Shown: positions 10,690-20,072 of the stretch, in pieces
Numbering within the stretch: position 1 is the first letter of the stretch
Layout: every line of letters begins with the position of its first letter
Source: Escherichia phage vB_EcoM-172859UKE1
Sequence record: MZ234025.1
Reading direction: 5' to 3' (one strand)
Length of the DNA stretch: 64,000 nt
Notes under the pieces: generated by a model
Told to the model about the DNA's origin: nothing
Seen by the model: only the letters and a program-made list of their open reading frames with translations
Database searches by the model: none
Translations under genes and position numbers: made by a program

Positions 10690-10913
10690 TGCGTTATTCA
10701 ATTGAAGATGCCTTTAATAATGATGAAGAATTTGAAACTGAAATTAAATTCTTAATGGAAAAGTATCGTCTACGTCGTCAGGATATTCGTATCCTGGCAG
10801 ACCACCCGTGTGGTGAAGACGTCCTTTATATTAAAGGAAAATTTGCCGGATATCTTGATGAATATTTTTATTCTAAAGATATGGGCATTGATATGCATAT
10901 GAGAGTTGTATAA
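10689..10913 (+). CDS. hypothetical protein (uvsY.-1-like)
   Basis: 74 aa, TAATG-coupled to uvsY; synteny. Confidence 0.55.
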   Translation: MRYSIEDAFNNDEEFETEIKFLMEKYRLRRQDIRILADHPCGEDVLYIKGKFAGYLDEYFYSKDMGIDMHMRVV

Positions 10914-10945
10914 ATAGATATGTAATTTCAACTTAGGAGGCAATC

Positions 10946-11113
10946 ATGTCAGATAAGATTTGTGTTGTCTGTAAAACTCCAATCGATTCTGCATTGGTTG
11001 TTGAAACAGACAAAGGACCAGCACATCCTGGTCCTTGTTATAATTATGTCCAACAATTGCCGGTTTCAGAAAGTTCAGAAGAGCAATTGAACGAAACCCA
11101 ACTTTTACTATAG
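10946..11113 (+). CDS. small Cys-containing protein (uvsY.-2-like), 55 aa
   Basis: ATG with AGGAGG RBS; CVVC...C motif; below the track's 60-aa cutoff. Confidence 0.5.
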   Translation: MSDKICVVCKTPIDSALVVETDKGPAHPGPCYNYVQQLPVSESSEEQLNETQLLL

Positions 11114-11138
11114 TGTTACCTTTTTGCCTATGGTTTTT

Positions 11139-11168
11139 GGCCCTTCCAAAAAGGTCGGGCCTTTTTTT
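11139..11168 (+). terminator. rho-independent terminator (GGCCCTTCC-AAAAA-GGTCGGGCC + T7)
   Basis: Stem-loop plus T-run; member of a recurring terminator family. Confidence 0.55.
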
Positions 11169-11170
11169 AA

Positions 11171-11404
11171 TTAGAAGTCTTCTTCCACATCCTCATCATC
11201 GTCGCCTTCAAGTTCGGCACGCTTACCTGCTAAGGCATCCCTGACAGAAATATCATCTGTATCTTTTAATTCCGTTTCTTTTATACGTTTCTTATAATAA
11301 GCTTCCAATTCTTCAAGCCCTTCTAAGGTATGACAACTAGCAATTTTACCCATGAATTCGTCAATAGATGCTTCGTATAAAAATTGTTTAAATTCAAGTA
11401 CCAT
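11171..11404 (-). CDS. uvsW.1: UvsW.1-like small protein
   Basis: 77 aa immediately downstream of uvsW (T4 UvsW.1 76 aa). Confidence 0.6.
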   Translation of the reverse strand: MVLEFKQFLYEASIDEFMGKIASCHTLEGLEELEAYYKKRIKETELKDTDDISVRDALAGKRAELEGDDDEDVEEDF

Positions 11405-11414
11405 TTTTATCTCC

Positions 11415-11430
11415 TAAGGGCCGAAGCCCT
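11415..11430 (-). promoter_or_regulatory. intercistronic hairpin (AAGGGC-CGAA-GCCCTT) just upstream of uvsW.1 RBS
   Basis: Perfect 6-bp stem, tetraloop; no U-run on the coding strand. Confidence 0.4.
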
Positions 11431-12944
11431 TATAAATTAATTGTTTTCATTACATAGTTAAATTTCTCATCAGCGTAACGTTGGATACGATCAATACCGT
11501 GTTTTAACAAGTAATTAAGATGAGTATACTTCTTTTTAGTATTTAATGATTTAGGTTTTACACCTGCGTCATCTATGAGATCCCAAACTGTAGCAACAGC
11601 TTTAGAACCGTGCTTACGAAGCACACGACCTACGGTTTGAAGTACGATAATTTTTGATTTAACACCATGGGCAAAAATAACATGATGAAGATTCTTGACT
11701 GAAATACCAGTAGAGAATACTCCATATGATGCGACAATAATAATGCCTTTACCATTTTCTGCCATGACTTTAAGCGCGTTACGTGTTTCAGTATCAACTT
11801 CACCTGATACGTAATAAACTTTTTCGTATCCAAGCTCTTTAATAGCTTCAAATATTTCTTTACCGTGTGTAACGTGTTTAAACATTACAAAGGCGTTCTC
11901 GTCTTTCTTAGCCAATTTGACCGAAAGTTGAGCAATCCACTTTGTACGACGTTTTAGTCCGGTAATAATTTTAACTTCTTCTTGGTATGTTTTACCTTTT
12001 AATTTAATGGCGAATTCGTCCGGATAACGAAGGAAAATACTATTAATCTTAAGCTCAGTTACCTGTCCGTCTTCCATTAATTTAGACGTGCTAACAGGAC
12101 GGAAGATTTCGCCGAACATGCCTACGTACTGCATTACATTGGCTTTTCCGTCTCTTAATGAGCCAGATAAACCGAATTTAAACATGCAATTATTTAATCC
12201 TGAGATGATTGAAGAAATACTTTTGCCTGTTGCTAAGTGGCATTCATCGTTCATCATCATACCGAACTGAGAGAACCATTCTTTAGGCTGCTTAACTACC
12301 GTTTGCCATGTGCCAACAATAATTGGAGCGTCGTTTTTAGATTTGTCCGCTTTATCAGCACCACCGCCAATTTTCTTAATCATCGAATGACTAAACAAGC
12401 GATAATCAACAAAATCATTAGCCATCTGGGTTGTCAATGCTGTTGTAGGGACGATAATGAGAATTTTACCTTCATAGTTCTCTAGATAATACCGAGCTAA
12501 AAGTGCTTGGATTAGTGATTTACCTGCTGATGTCGGAAGGTTTAAAATTCGACGACGATTAACTAGCCCTTCATATACTGCATCTTTTTGATACCAATGT
12601 GGTTCGATTTTGGCGTTGCCTGAATAAATTTCTTGTTTAGAAAGCCATGCGTCAAAATCTTCCCTGGTAAGGTCTTCAGTCTCAAAGATTTTAGGGTCAA
12701 TCCATACAGAATAACTCATATTGTTACAGAACTTTTTTATTTGTCCTACAAGTCCATATGGTAACAAACGATTGTAATCTAAAAGTCGAATTCTACCGTC
12801 CCATTGCCCATAGCGATATTTTGGGTTAAATTTATACCCGTCAGCTTCAAAGCTAAAAAAGTCACGAAGTTCGTAAAACGTACTTTCGTCGCATTCAATG
12901 CGCACGTGACTAAAATCATGAAAATGTACTTTAATGTCAGTCAT
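11430..12944 (-). CDS. uvsW: UvsW DNA/RNA helicase
   Basis: 504 aa (T4 502); Walker A TSAGKS and DECH box present. Confidence 0.9.
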   Translation of the reverse strand: MTDIKVHFHDFSHVRIECDESTFYELRDFFSFEADGYKFNPKYRYGQWDGRIRLLDYNRLLPYGLVGQIKKFCNNMSYSVWIDPKIFETEDLTREDFDAWLSKQEIYSGNAKIEPHWYQKDAVYEGLVNRRRILNLPTSAGKSLIQALLARYYLENYEGKILIIVPTTALTTQMANDFVDYRLFSHSMIKKIGGGADKADKSKNDAPIIVGTWQTVVKQPKEWFSQFGMMMNDECHLATGKSISSIISGLNNCMFKFGLSGSLRDGKANVMQYVGMFGEIFRPVSTSKLMEDGQVTELKINSIFLRYPDEFAIKLKGKTYQEEVKIITGLKRRTKWIAQLSVKLAKKDENAFVMFKHVTHGKEIFEAIKELGYEKVYYVSGEVDTETRNALKVMAENGKGIIIVASYGVFSTGISVKNLHHVIFAHGVKSKIIVLQTVGRVLRKHGSKAVATVWDLIDDAGVKPKSLNTKKKYTHLNYLLKHGIDRIQRYADEKFNYVMKTINL

Positions 12945-12973
12945 GTCAAATTACCATGTAATAAATATAGTTA

Positions 12974-12981
12974 TATTTATA
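12974..12981 (-). promoter_or_regulatory. late promoter TATAAATA (minus strand) for uvsW
   Basis: TATTTATA on plus strand, 30 nt upstream of uvsW start. Confidence 0.6.
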
Positions 12982-12994
12982 ATGAGGAAATATC

Positions 12995-13663
12995 ATGATC
13001 GATAAAGACTATATTGAAGAGTTACGTGCTCTTTCTGATAAAAAGGAAGCCAAAGCTAAACTGTTTGAATATGCGGAACAATTTGGCATTAGTGTTAAGA
13101 AAACAAAATCATTCGATAATATTGTTATTGATATCGAAGAAGCTCTTAACGCACTGGCTGATGAACCATTACCTGAAACTGATGGATTATCTATCACTGA
13201 TTTAATTACTGCCGCAGACGATGTGGACGGTGTTAATTTCACCAACGAAGAAGTTAAAGAAGAAGCTATTCTGTTGTTTGATTCTCCAACAGAACAAGTT
13301 GAAGTATTAGAAGTTGTCGAACAAGAAAAAGAATTCGACCATGATAAATTCGAAGAAGCAATTACTCAGGTTGTTGAATCTGAAAAAGAGCCTGAGTCAG
13401 AGGTAAATAAAGAAGTAAAATTTGTTCTGCCTGAAAATTTTAGTCCTACGCTCATTAAATTAGGCAAAGGCCTAGGATATGTTACTGTTCCTTGGTGGAT
13501 TTATCAATGGATAGCCGAAACCCCAGATTGGAAATCTCGCCCAACTAGTTTTGTGCATGCTTCTGCTCACCAAACATTATTTAGCTTAATTTATTATATT
13601 AATCGCGATGGATCAGTTCTAATTCGTGAAACTCGTAATTCTTCTTTCGTAACATTAAAATAA
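12995..13663 (+). CDS. inh: acidic protein, possible Inh (prohead protease inhibitor) homolog
   Basis: 222 aa (T4 Inh 226), position between uvsW and hoc; assignment by synteny and size only. Confidence 0.5.
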   Translation: MIDKDYIEELRALSDKKEAKAKLFEYAEQFGISVKKTKSFDNIVIDIEEALNALADEPLPETDGLSITDLITAADDVDGVNFTNEEVKEEAILLFDSPTEQVEVLEVVEQEKEFDHDKFEEAITQVVESEKEPESEVNKEVKFVLPENFSPTLIKLGKGLGYVTVPWWIYQWIAETPDWKSRPTSFVHASAHQTLFSLIYYINRDGSVLIRETRNSSFVTLK

Positions 13664-13672
13664 GGATAACTT

Positions 13673-15090
13673 ATGGCTTTTACAGTTGATATAACTCCTA
13701 AAACACCTACTGGAGTTATAGATCAGACTCAGCAGTTTACTGCTACACCCAGTGGTCAAACTGGAGATGGACCTATTACATATGCTTGGACTGTAGATGA
13801 TGTTCCACAAGATGGAGCTGAAGCAACTTTTAGTTATGTACTAAAAGGACCTGCCGGTCAAAAGACTATTAAAGTAGTTGCAACAAACCCAGTCCTAGAC
13901 GCTGAAGCTGAAACAGCAGAAGCTACTACAACTATCACAGTTCAAAATAAGACACAAACGACCACCTTAGCTGTAACTCCTAATAGCCCTGACGCTGGAG
14001 TAATTGGAACAGCTATTGAATTTACTGCTACTTTAGCTTCGCAGCCATCGGGCGCAAACGCTACTTATCAATGGTATGTAGATGATTCTCCTGTGGGCGA
14101 AGCAACTAACGCTACGTTCAATTACACTCCTGCCGAAAGCGGGGTAAAAAGAATTAAGTGTGTGGCTCAAGTAACTGCGACAGATTATGATGCACTAAGC
14201 GTTACTTCTAATGAAGTATCACTGACTGTTAATAAAAAGACACAGACAACTACTTTGGCAGTAACTCCCGATAGTCCTTCAGCTGGAGTAATTGGAACCC
14301 CAGTTCAATTTACTGCTGCCTTAGCTTCTCAACCAGTTGGAGCGTCTGCTACGTATCAGTGGTATGTAGATGATTCACAAGTTGGTGGAGAAACTAACTC
14401 TACATTTAGCTATACTCCAACTACAAGTGGAGTTAAAAAATTAAATGCGTAGCCCAAGTAACCGCGGCAGATTATGATGCAAAGGAAGTTACTTCTAATG
14501 AAGTATCATTAACGGTTAATAAGAAGACAATGAATCCACAGGTTACATTGACTCCTCCTTCTATTAACGTTCAGCAAGATGCTTCAGCTACATTTACCGC
14601 TAATGTCACTGATGCTCCAGAAGAAGCGCAAATTGCGTATTCATGGAAGAAAGATTCTTCTCCTGTAGAAGGATCAACTAATGTATATACCGTTGATACC
14701 TCATCTATTGGAAGTCAAACTATTGAAGTTACTGCAACTGTTACTGCTACTGATTATGATAGCAAAACTATTACAGCAGAAGGTCAAGTTCAGGTAACTG
14801 ATAAAGTTGCTCCAGAACCAGAAGGTGAATTACCTTATGTTCATCCTCTTCCACATCGTACTTCAGCTTACATCTGGTGCGGTTGGTGGGTTATGGATGA
14901 AATCCAAAAAATGACTGAAGAAGGTAAAGATTGGAAAACTGAAGATCCAGATAGTAAATACTACCTGCATCGTTACACTCTTCAGAAGATGATGAAAGAC
15001 TACCCAGAAGTTGATGTTCAAGAATCACGTAATGGATACATCATCCATAAAACTGCTTTGGAAACTGGTATCATCTATACATATCCATAA
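13673..15090 (+). CDS. hoc: Hoc-like capsid decoration protein, Ig-like repeats, frame interrupted in A6 run (ORFs 13673..14452 and 14530..15090)
   Basis: N-terminal Ig-like repeats and C-terminal ...YLHRYTLQKMMKDYPEVDVQESRNGYIIHKTALETGIIYTYP recognised as Hoc; one-base frame difference at 14435-14440. Confidence 0.8.
13947..14517 (+). repeat. tandem duplication of an Ig-like domain coding unit inside hoc (13947..14230 and 14231..14517)
   Basis: Two consecutive about 285-nt units encoding NK(K)TQTTTLAVTP...ATYQWYVDDS...SNEVSLTV. Confidence 0.8.
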
Positions 15091-15094
15091 TTGT

Positions 15095-15123
15095 AAGGGG
15101 CTTCGGCCCCTTTCTTCGTTTTT
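15095..15123 (+). terminator. rho-independent terminator (GGGGC-TTCG-GCCCC + T-rich)
   Basis: Hairpin plus TTTCTTCGTTTTT after hoc. Confidence 0.6.
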
Positions 15124-15185
15124 AAAGCATACAAAACACAACTTGAGATTGATGTATATAATGGCACAAACCAAATAATACGGGA

Positions 15186-15386
15186 TTGATTATGAGAGCT
15201 GAAGTTGAAGTTTATACATTACATGAGGCGGGATTTTCATTCGTAGAAATTGCTCAAAAAATCGGTTTACAACCTAAAGAAGTTGGATTACTATGGACTA
15301 AAGCCGAGACAGCTCGGTCAAAGTTTAAAGCAAAAGAAAAAGTTGTATACCGTAAACGTCTGATTAATAAAAAGGTGAAGAAATGA
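15186..15386 (+). CDS. hypothetical small basic protein (66 aa)
   Basis: ORF in the hoc-rnlB interval (T4 24.2/24.3 position). Confidence 0.45.
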   Translation: MIMRAEVEVYTLHEAGFSFVEIAQKIGLQPKEVGLLWTKAETARSKFKAKEKVVYRKRLINKKVKK

Positions 15387-15634
15387 GTTTTGCACAGGAA
15401 TTAAGAGAAAGGGCTCTGGCCACTAAAGCCAATTTGTTGAGTGATTTTATTACTAACTTCTCAGTAATAGCAGAGAAAGCTGCTGACAAAGGTCAGACAC
15501 AATTCACGTACTATCCATCAAAGAATGATTTAACTATCACCGAGCAAGTCGGGCAGTGGTTACGTGATAATGGCTTTCAGTATAAAATTAATCACGACCA
15601 GCGTGATGGTCATTGGATAGAAATCAAGTTCTAA
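15383..15634 (+). CDS. hypothetical protein (83 aa)
   Basis: ATGA-coupled to previous ORF. Confidence 0.5.
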   Translation: MSFAQELRERALATKANLLSDFITNFSVIAEKAADKGQTQFTYYPSKNDLTITEQVGQWLRDNGFQYKINHDQRDGHWIEIKF

Positions 15635-15753
15635 TATGCTTTACAATTTTTGATGGTATAATGAATCTAGGTTCTATCCATTCAAATTAAACATCTGGTC
15701 AGAGACAGAGTCTCTGCTAATTATTTTGATATTATTATTTATAATGGTGATTT

Positions 15754-16752
15754 ATGTTTAAGAAATACAGCAGTCTTGAAAACCACTACAACTCTAAGTT
15801 TATTGAAAAACTCTACACTAATGGTTTGACTACTGGTGTTTGGGTAGCACGTGAGAAAATCCATGGGACCAACTTCTCGTTAATAATTGAACGTGACAAC
15901 GTCACATGCGCCAAGCGCACAGGCCCTATTCTTCCAGCAGAAGATTTTTATGGTTATGAAATCGTACTCAAGAAGTATGATAAAGCTATTAAAGCCGTTC
16001 AGGAATTCATGTACACAGCTCGAGCCGTATCATATCAAGTATTCGGTGAATTCGCTGGTGGTGGAATCCAGAAAGGTGTTGACTACGGTGAAAAAGATTT
16101 TTATGTGTTCGATATCCTTATCAATACAGAAAGTGGTGATAATACGTATTTGACTGATTACGAAATGCAAGATTTCTGTAATGAATTCGGTTTTAAAATG
16201 GCACCAATGCTTGGTCGTGGCACATTTGATGCTCTTATCATGATTCCAAACGACCTTGATTCCGTCTTAGCCGCTTATAATGCTACAGCGTCAGAAGACC
16301 TTGTCGAAGCAAATAATTGTGTATTTGATGCTAATGTTATTGGCGATAATACGGCAGAAGGTTATGTTCTGAAGCCTTGTTTCCCTAAATGGCTGCCAAA
16401 CGGTACTCGTGTAGCTATTAAGTGCAAGAACTCTAAATTCAGTGAAAAGAAAAAGTCTGATAAGCCTATTAAAACTCAGGTTCCATTAACCGAAATTGAC
16501 AAAAACTTGCTTGATGTTCTAGCTTGTTATGTTACATTAAATCGTGTTAATAATGTGATTTCTAAGATTGGGACTGTAACGCCAAAAGATTTTGGCAAAG
16601 TGATGGGATTGACTGTTCAAGATATTCTGGAAGAAACTTCTCGTGAAGGTATTGTATTAACATCATCTGATAATCCGAATCTTGTTAAGAAAGAATTAGT
16701 CCGAATGGTGCAAGATGTTCTGCGTCCTGCATGGATTGAATTAGTATCATAA
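15754..16752 (+). CDS. rnlB: RNA ligase 2 (Rnl2)
   Basis: 332 aa (T4 Rnl2 334); N-terminus [20 protein letters not shown] and ligase motif KIHGTN match recalled T4 Rnl2. Confidence 0.85.
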   Translation: MFKKYSSLENHYNSKFIEKLYTNGLTTGVWVAREKIHGTNFSLIIERDNVTCAKRTGPILPAEDFYGYEIVLKKYDKAIKAVQEFMYTARAVSYQVFGEFAGGGIQKGVDYGEKDFYVFDILINTESGDNTYLTDYEMQDFCNEFGFKMAPMLGRGTFDALIMIPNDLDSVLAAYNATASEDLVEANNCVFDANVIGDNTAEGYVLKPCFPKWLPNGTRVAIKCKNSKFSEKKKSDKPIKTQVPLTEIDKNLLDVLACYVTLNRVNNVISKIGTVTPKDFGKVMGLTVQDILEETSREGIVLTSSDNPNLVKKELVRMVQDVLRPAWIELVS

Positions 16753-16754
16753 CG

Positions 16755-16781
16755 AAAAAAGGGACCTTATGGTCCCTTTTT
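16755..16781. terminator. bidirectional terminator (A6-GGGACC-TTAT-GGTCCC-T5)
   Basis: Perfect hairpin flanked by A-run and T-run between convergent rnlB and gene 24. Confidence 0.7.
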
Positions 16782-16782
16782 A

Positions 16783-18063
16783 TTAGTCTATAATAATTTT
16801 AGGCAATTTAACACCGAGTAAAACAGACAAGTCTGAACGTCCTGCCATTTTATCCATGTCCCCACCATCAATTATTCTCGCTTCTTTTTCGTCTTTTGCT
16901 ACTGTGTAAGGATTTGCTGATAAAGCATATCTAACCAATAATCCGATAGACGGTTGCAAGCTTTCTGGATCAACTACAACTTTAAAAGCACCGACATGTT
17001 CCGGGTCATCTAAATCTACTCCTTCAGTGTATGGAGCATAAAAGATTGACCCTACAATTTCTTTTTCGCCGATATTTTCTACAACACCCACAACAACATA
17101 ATCTAACGGGCTGTTGGTATCGCAGTAAAGAGGTAATCCATTTGCCAAGAATCCATAAGCATTTTGTGAAAGATACTTGTCATCTTCTGGCTTATGTTTT
17201 AACCAACCAGAAGCAGCAAGAATAGCAGCTGCACGAGCTGAGGCTACACAAAACGTTGCAGTATAAGTTGTCTCTTTTTGAATGTGTGATACCATTTCAC
17301 ACACCATTCGATATAATGAACGACCTGCTTCTGGAGCGGATGCATAACTCAAGTCAATAAATCCGGTGTCAGTAATTCCAGTAACTTTATAACGTTTCGA
17401 TACAGTAATTAAAGACTGAAGAATATCTTTATTAATTTCATCAGCCATTTCAGTAGCAAGCAAATCTTCTAAGAAGTTAGGGGCATCAAATCCATTAGCT
17501 TCCAAATCTTGCGCTAATTCAACCGTGAGGCCAGTTTTAAGTTTACGAGATTTGACTGAAGTTTGCCATTTATTAATCTGGAATCTTGCATCAGAAATTT
17601 CGCTACCAGAGCTTTCAAATTTGCTTGTTACCGCTGCATCTGAAAATAACCGTACCTTTAAATGAACGATTGCAATCTGAAGAGCTAATTCTAGATCACT
17701 TTCTTGAATATCTGCAAATGGTGCATCTTCTAACACTTTATAGACGATATTATTATATTTGAAAAAATCGCCTTTATTTAGTGTGACTTTTGATTCTTCT
17801 GTGAGTTCGGTAATTTTTTCTCGGTCTACATATCCAGCTTCACCCGCATAAGTAGCACCAGTTTTAAATGTGAATTCGTTATCCGGGTTAAGATATTTGA
17901 TACCATAAAAAGCAGCAACAGGTTGATTAGTTCTTTGTGTTGCTACAATGTCAGAATATATTAATTTAGTCGTAGCGCGAGTCAAAGCAACGAGATTTGG
18001 GCGACCAATTGAGTTGCTAGTAGACGTTGTAGATTCACGCAATAATTTTTGGATTTTACTCAT
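16783..18063 (-). CDS. 24: head vertex protein gp24
   Basis: 426 aa (T4 427); paralogous to gp23 region; synteny. Confidence 0.85.
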   Translation of the reverse strand: MSKIQKLLRESTTSTSNSIGRPNLVALTRATTKLIYSDIVATQRTNQPVAAFYGIKYLNPDNEFTFKTGATYAGEAGYVDREKITELTEESKVTLNKGDFFKYNNIVYKVLEDAPFADIQESDLELALQIAIVHLKVRLFSDAAVTSKFESSGSEISDARFQINKWQTSVKSRKLKTGLTVELAQDLEANGFDAPNFLEDLLATEMADEINKDILQSLITVSKRYKVTGITDTGFIDLSYASAPEAGRSLYRMVCEMVSHIQKETTYTATFCVASARAAAILAASGWLKHKPEDDKYLSQNAYGFLANGLPLYCDTNSPLDYVVVGVVENIGEKEIVGSIFYAPYTEGVDLDDPEHVGAFKVVVDPESLQPSIGLLVRYALSANPYTVAKDEKEARIIDGGDMDKMAGRSDLSVLLGVKLPKIIID

Positions 18064-18090
18064 TGCATTTTTTCCTTATGTGATATAGAT

Positions 18091-18098
18091 TATTTATA
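18091..18098 (-). promoter_or_regulatory. late promoter TATAAATA (minus strand) for gene 24
   Basis: TATTTATA on plus strand 28 nt upstream of gp24 start. Confidence 0.65.
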
Positions 18099-18104
18099 AA
18101 GATT

Positions 18105-18134
18105 GTTTACAACGTATTTGGTATGTGATACTAT
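18105..18134 (+). promoter_or_regulatory. T4-type early promoter cassette
   Basis: GTTTAC 18105-18110, TACTAT 18129-18134; 3' part identical to cassette at 54439..54480. Confidence 0.6.
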
Positions 18135-18170
18135 AGACTTATCAACTACAGAGGAGTAAACAAAATGACT
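18129..18170 (+). repeat. dispersed promoter/5'UTR cassette, copy 1 (ACTATAGACTTATCAACTACAGAGGAGTAAACAAAATGACT)
   Basis: Identical about 41 nt found again at 54439..54480. Confidence 0.8.
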
Positions 18171-18434
18171 AAAGCACGTTTCTTACGAGATACTTTAAAA
18201 GTTCTGGAAGCTGAAGCAGTTAAGTTAGTAGAAAAATATGGTGCAAAAGTTAATGGTAATGCCTTCAACAAAGTATGGATGAAAGTTGATTCTGAAGCTC
18301 GAGCTAAAGGTTATTGGGCCACTGATAAACTTGCATCATTCAAAAACAAAGACGGTTCTCCAGCATATGTCCAAGAAGGTATGCCTAATTGGCAAAATAT
18401 TTTGAAAACTTACATCGAAATTGCACAGAAATAA
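18165..18434 (+). CDS. hypothetical early protein (89 aa) in the 24/23 intergenic position
   Basis: ATG with GAGGAG RBS downstream of the early promoter; occupies the slot where T4 has segD. Confidence 0.55.
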   Translation: MTKARFLRDTLKVLEAEAVKLVEKYGAKVNGNAFNKVWMKVDSEARAKGYWATDKLASFKNKDGSPAYVQEGMPNWQNILKTYIEIAQK

Positions 18435-18444
18435 AACCAAAAAT

Positions 18445-18462
18445 GGGAGACCGAAGTCTCCC
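18445..18462 (-). terminator. terminator hairpin (GGGAGAC-CGAA-GTCTCCC) downstream of gene 23
   Basis: Perfect stem; U-run follows on minus strand. Confidence 0.6.
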
Positions 18463-18486
18463 AAAATAAGATTTAATCAATTAAGA

Positions 18487-20055
18487 TTAGATGCCTTTTA
18501 CATATACACGTCTAAAGTAAGCGTTCTTACCAAGGCTGTTCAGGATAGACGGCATACCGGACTGGATGCGAGCACCTGGAGCCTGCAGGGAACTTTCAGC
18601 AAACGGGTTAACACCGATACCGTAACGAGTTTTAAAGCCCATTACCGGCTGGAAGTTCTTAGGATCGGAACCACGCAGTGGGGTAAGTGCAACGTAAGGA
18701 GCATAGTAAATACCTGCATCCATTTCGTTAGCGCCTTTGTAACCAACGGTGAAGTAATCCTGTTTAGCATACTGGTCGATGTATACGCGGTATTTACCGC
18801 CAAGTACACCGGCAAATACAGACTTAGTAGTGTCGGTATTAAAACCAGAAGCCAGACCCTGTGCAGCGTAAGAAATACCAGTATCAACTGAAGCCAGTAC
18901 GTTAACTACGTTACGGGAAGCGATAATGAAGTTACCTTCACCACGACCGGTTTGACGAGCAATTTCAACTGCTTCTTTATCAATCTGGAACAACAGAGCT
19001 TTAAAGCTTTCACCGGCCCAACGAGCACCACGGATATCAATCGGGTCCTGGAAGTCGAATACACCAGCTTTAGAACCAACGATATTAGTCATACCAGATT
19101 TACCAACCTGAGCGGAGTAGTTAATCCAGTCAACAACTTCACGGTTGATTTCCAGCATAATTTCAGTAGCAAGAATACCACTCAGTTCAGCATCAGCATC
19201 CATACCGTGTACTGCACGGAGGTCTTGTGCCAATTCGATGGAGTAAGCTGCTTTCAGCTGACGAGATTTAGCTTCAATAACTTGTTTGTCGATACGGAAG
19301 CCCATTTCGTTCCACGGGTTGTCGGTAGAACCATTGAAGCCTTCCTGAAGTTCAGCGATAGAAGTAGCCATACCTTCAGCGATTTCTACCAGTACACCTG
19401 CTTCCATTTGTTTGATAATTTCTGCATCCAGCAATTCTGGGGTAGAAGCCTCAGCGCTAATGGTAACAACTTTAGTGGCCTGAAGATAAGTAGAACCAGT
19501 TTCAGCGAAGAAGTGATAATAAATGTCGCCGGCTACAGTGGACATACCAGCGGTAACAGGAGCAAATGCTTTTGCAGCACCCTGACCAGAGAACATCGCA
19601 TCTGGAGCATACATCGGATGGAAAGCTTCTTTAGCGTCAGCAGCGATAGGGTCTTTACCATATACTGCACGGAGAGCAAATACCTGACCGGTAGGGCTGT
19701 TCATAGGCTGAACACCACAAATATCAAAAGCGATCAGATTAGGAATAGCACGACGAACCATACCCATAACTGCCGGCCCAATTTGGGTTACTGCACCAGA
19801 GGTTTGACCTGCTGCGATGTTCTGAGCATTATAACCGTGGTCACCACCAATTTCAGCTTCGGTCAAGAAAGAACCAAATGCCTGAGCGATTTTCTCGTCT
19901 TTATATTCAGGGGATACTTCGAAATCTTTTTCCTGGTTTTCGAAGATTTTAGCGATAATAGCCTGCTTGCTATTAGCGATTTCCGGCAGGCCTTCACCTT
20001 CCAGCAGTTCTTTCCATTTGTCTACGAGCTGAGCTTTAGTTTTGATAGTAGTCAT
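18487..20055 (-). CDS. 23: major capsid protein gp23
   Basis: 522 aa; near-identical to recalled T4 gp23 along whole length (MT[TI]KTKA...RRVYVKGI). Confidence 0.95.
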   Translation of the reverse strand: MTTIKTKAQLVDKWKELLEGEGLPEIANSKQAIIAKIFENQEKDFEVSPEYKDEKIAQAFGSFLTEAEIGGDHGYNAQNIAAGQTSGAVTQIGPAVMGMVRRAIPNLIAFDICGVQPMNSPTGQVFALRAVYGKDPIAADAKEAFHPMYAPDAMFSGQGAAKAFAPVTAGMSTVAGDIYYHFFAETGSTYLQATKVVTISAEASTPELLDAEIIKQMEAGVLVEIAEGMATSIAELQEGFNGSTDNPWNEMGFRIDKQVIEAKSRQLKAAYSIELAQDLRAVHGMDADAELSGILATEIMLEINREVVDWINYSAQVGKSGMTNIVGSKAGVFDFQDPIDIRGARWAGESFKALLFQIDKEAVEIARQTGRGEGNFIIASRNVVNVLASVDTGISYAAQGLASGFNTDTTKSVFAGVLGGKYRVYIDQYAKQDYFTVGYKGANEMDAGIYYAPYVALTPLRGSDPKNFQPVMGFKTRYGIGVNPFAESSLQAPGARIQSGMPSILNSLGKNAYFRRVYVKGI

Positions 20056-20072
20056 TTGTGTTAACCTTTAAA

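Noticed and set aside
14437-14449. Programmed -1 ribosomal frameshift in hoc
   Set aside because: The A-run is not a canonical X-XXY-YYZ heptamer with a downstream structure; a 1-nt indel (error or mutation) is the simpler explanation, though low-level slippage cannot be excluded.
18952-20064. 370-aa plus-strand ORF
   Set aside because: Entirely antisense to the highly conserved major capsid gene 23; Cys/Ser/Phe-rich low-complexity translation typical of a reverse-frame artefact.
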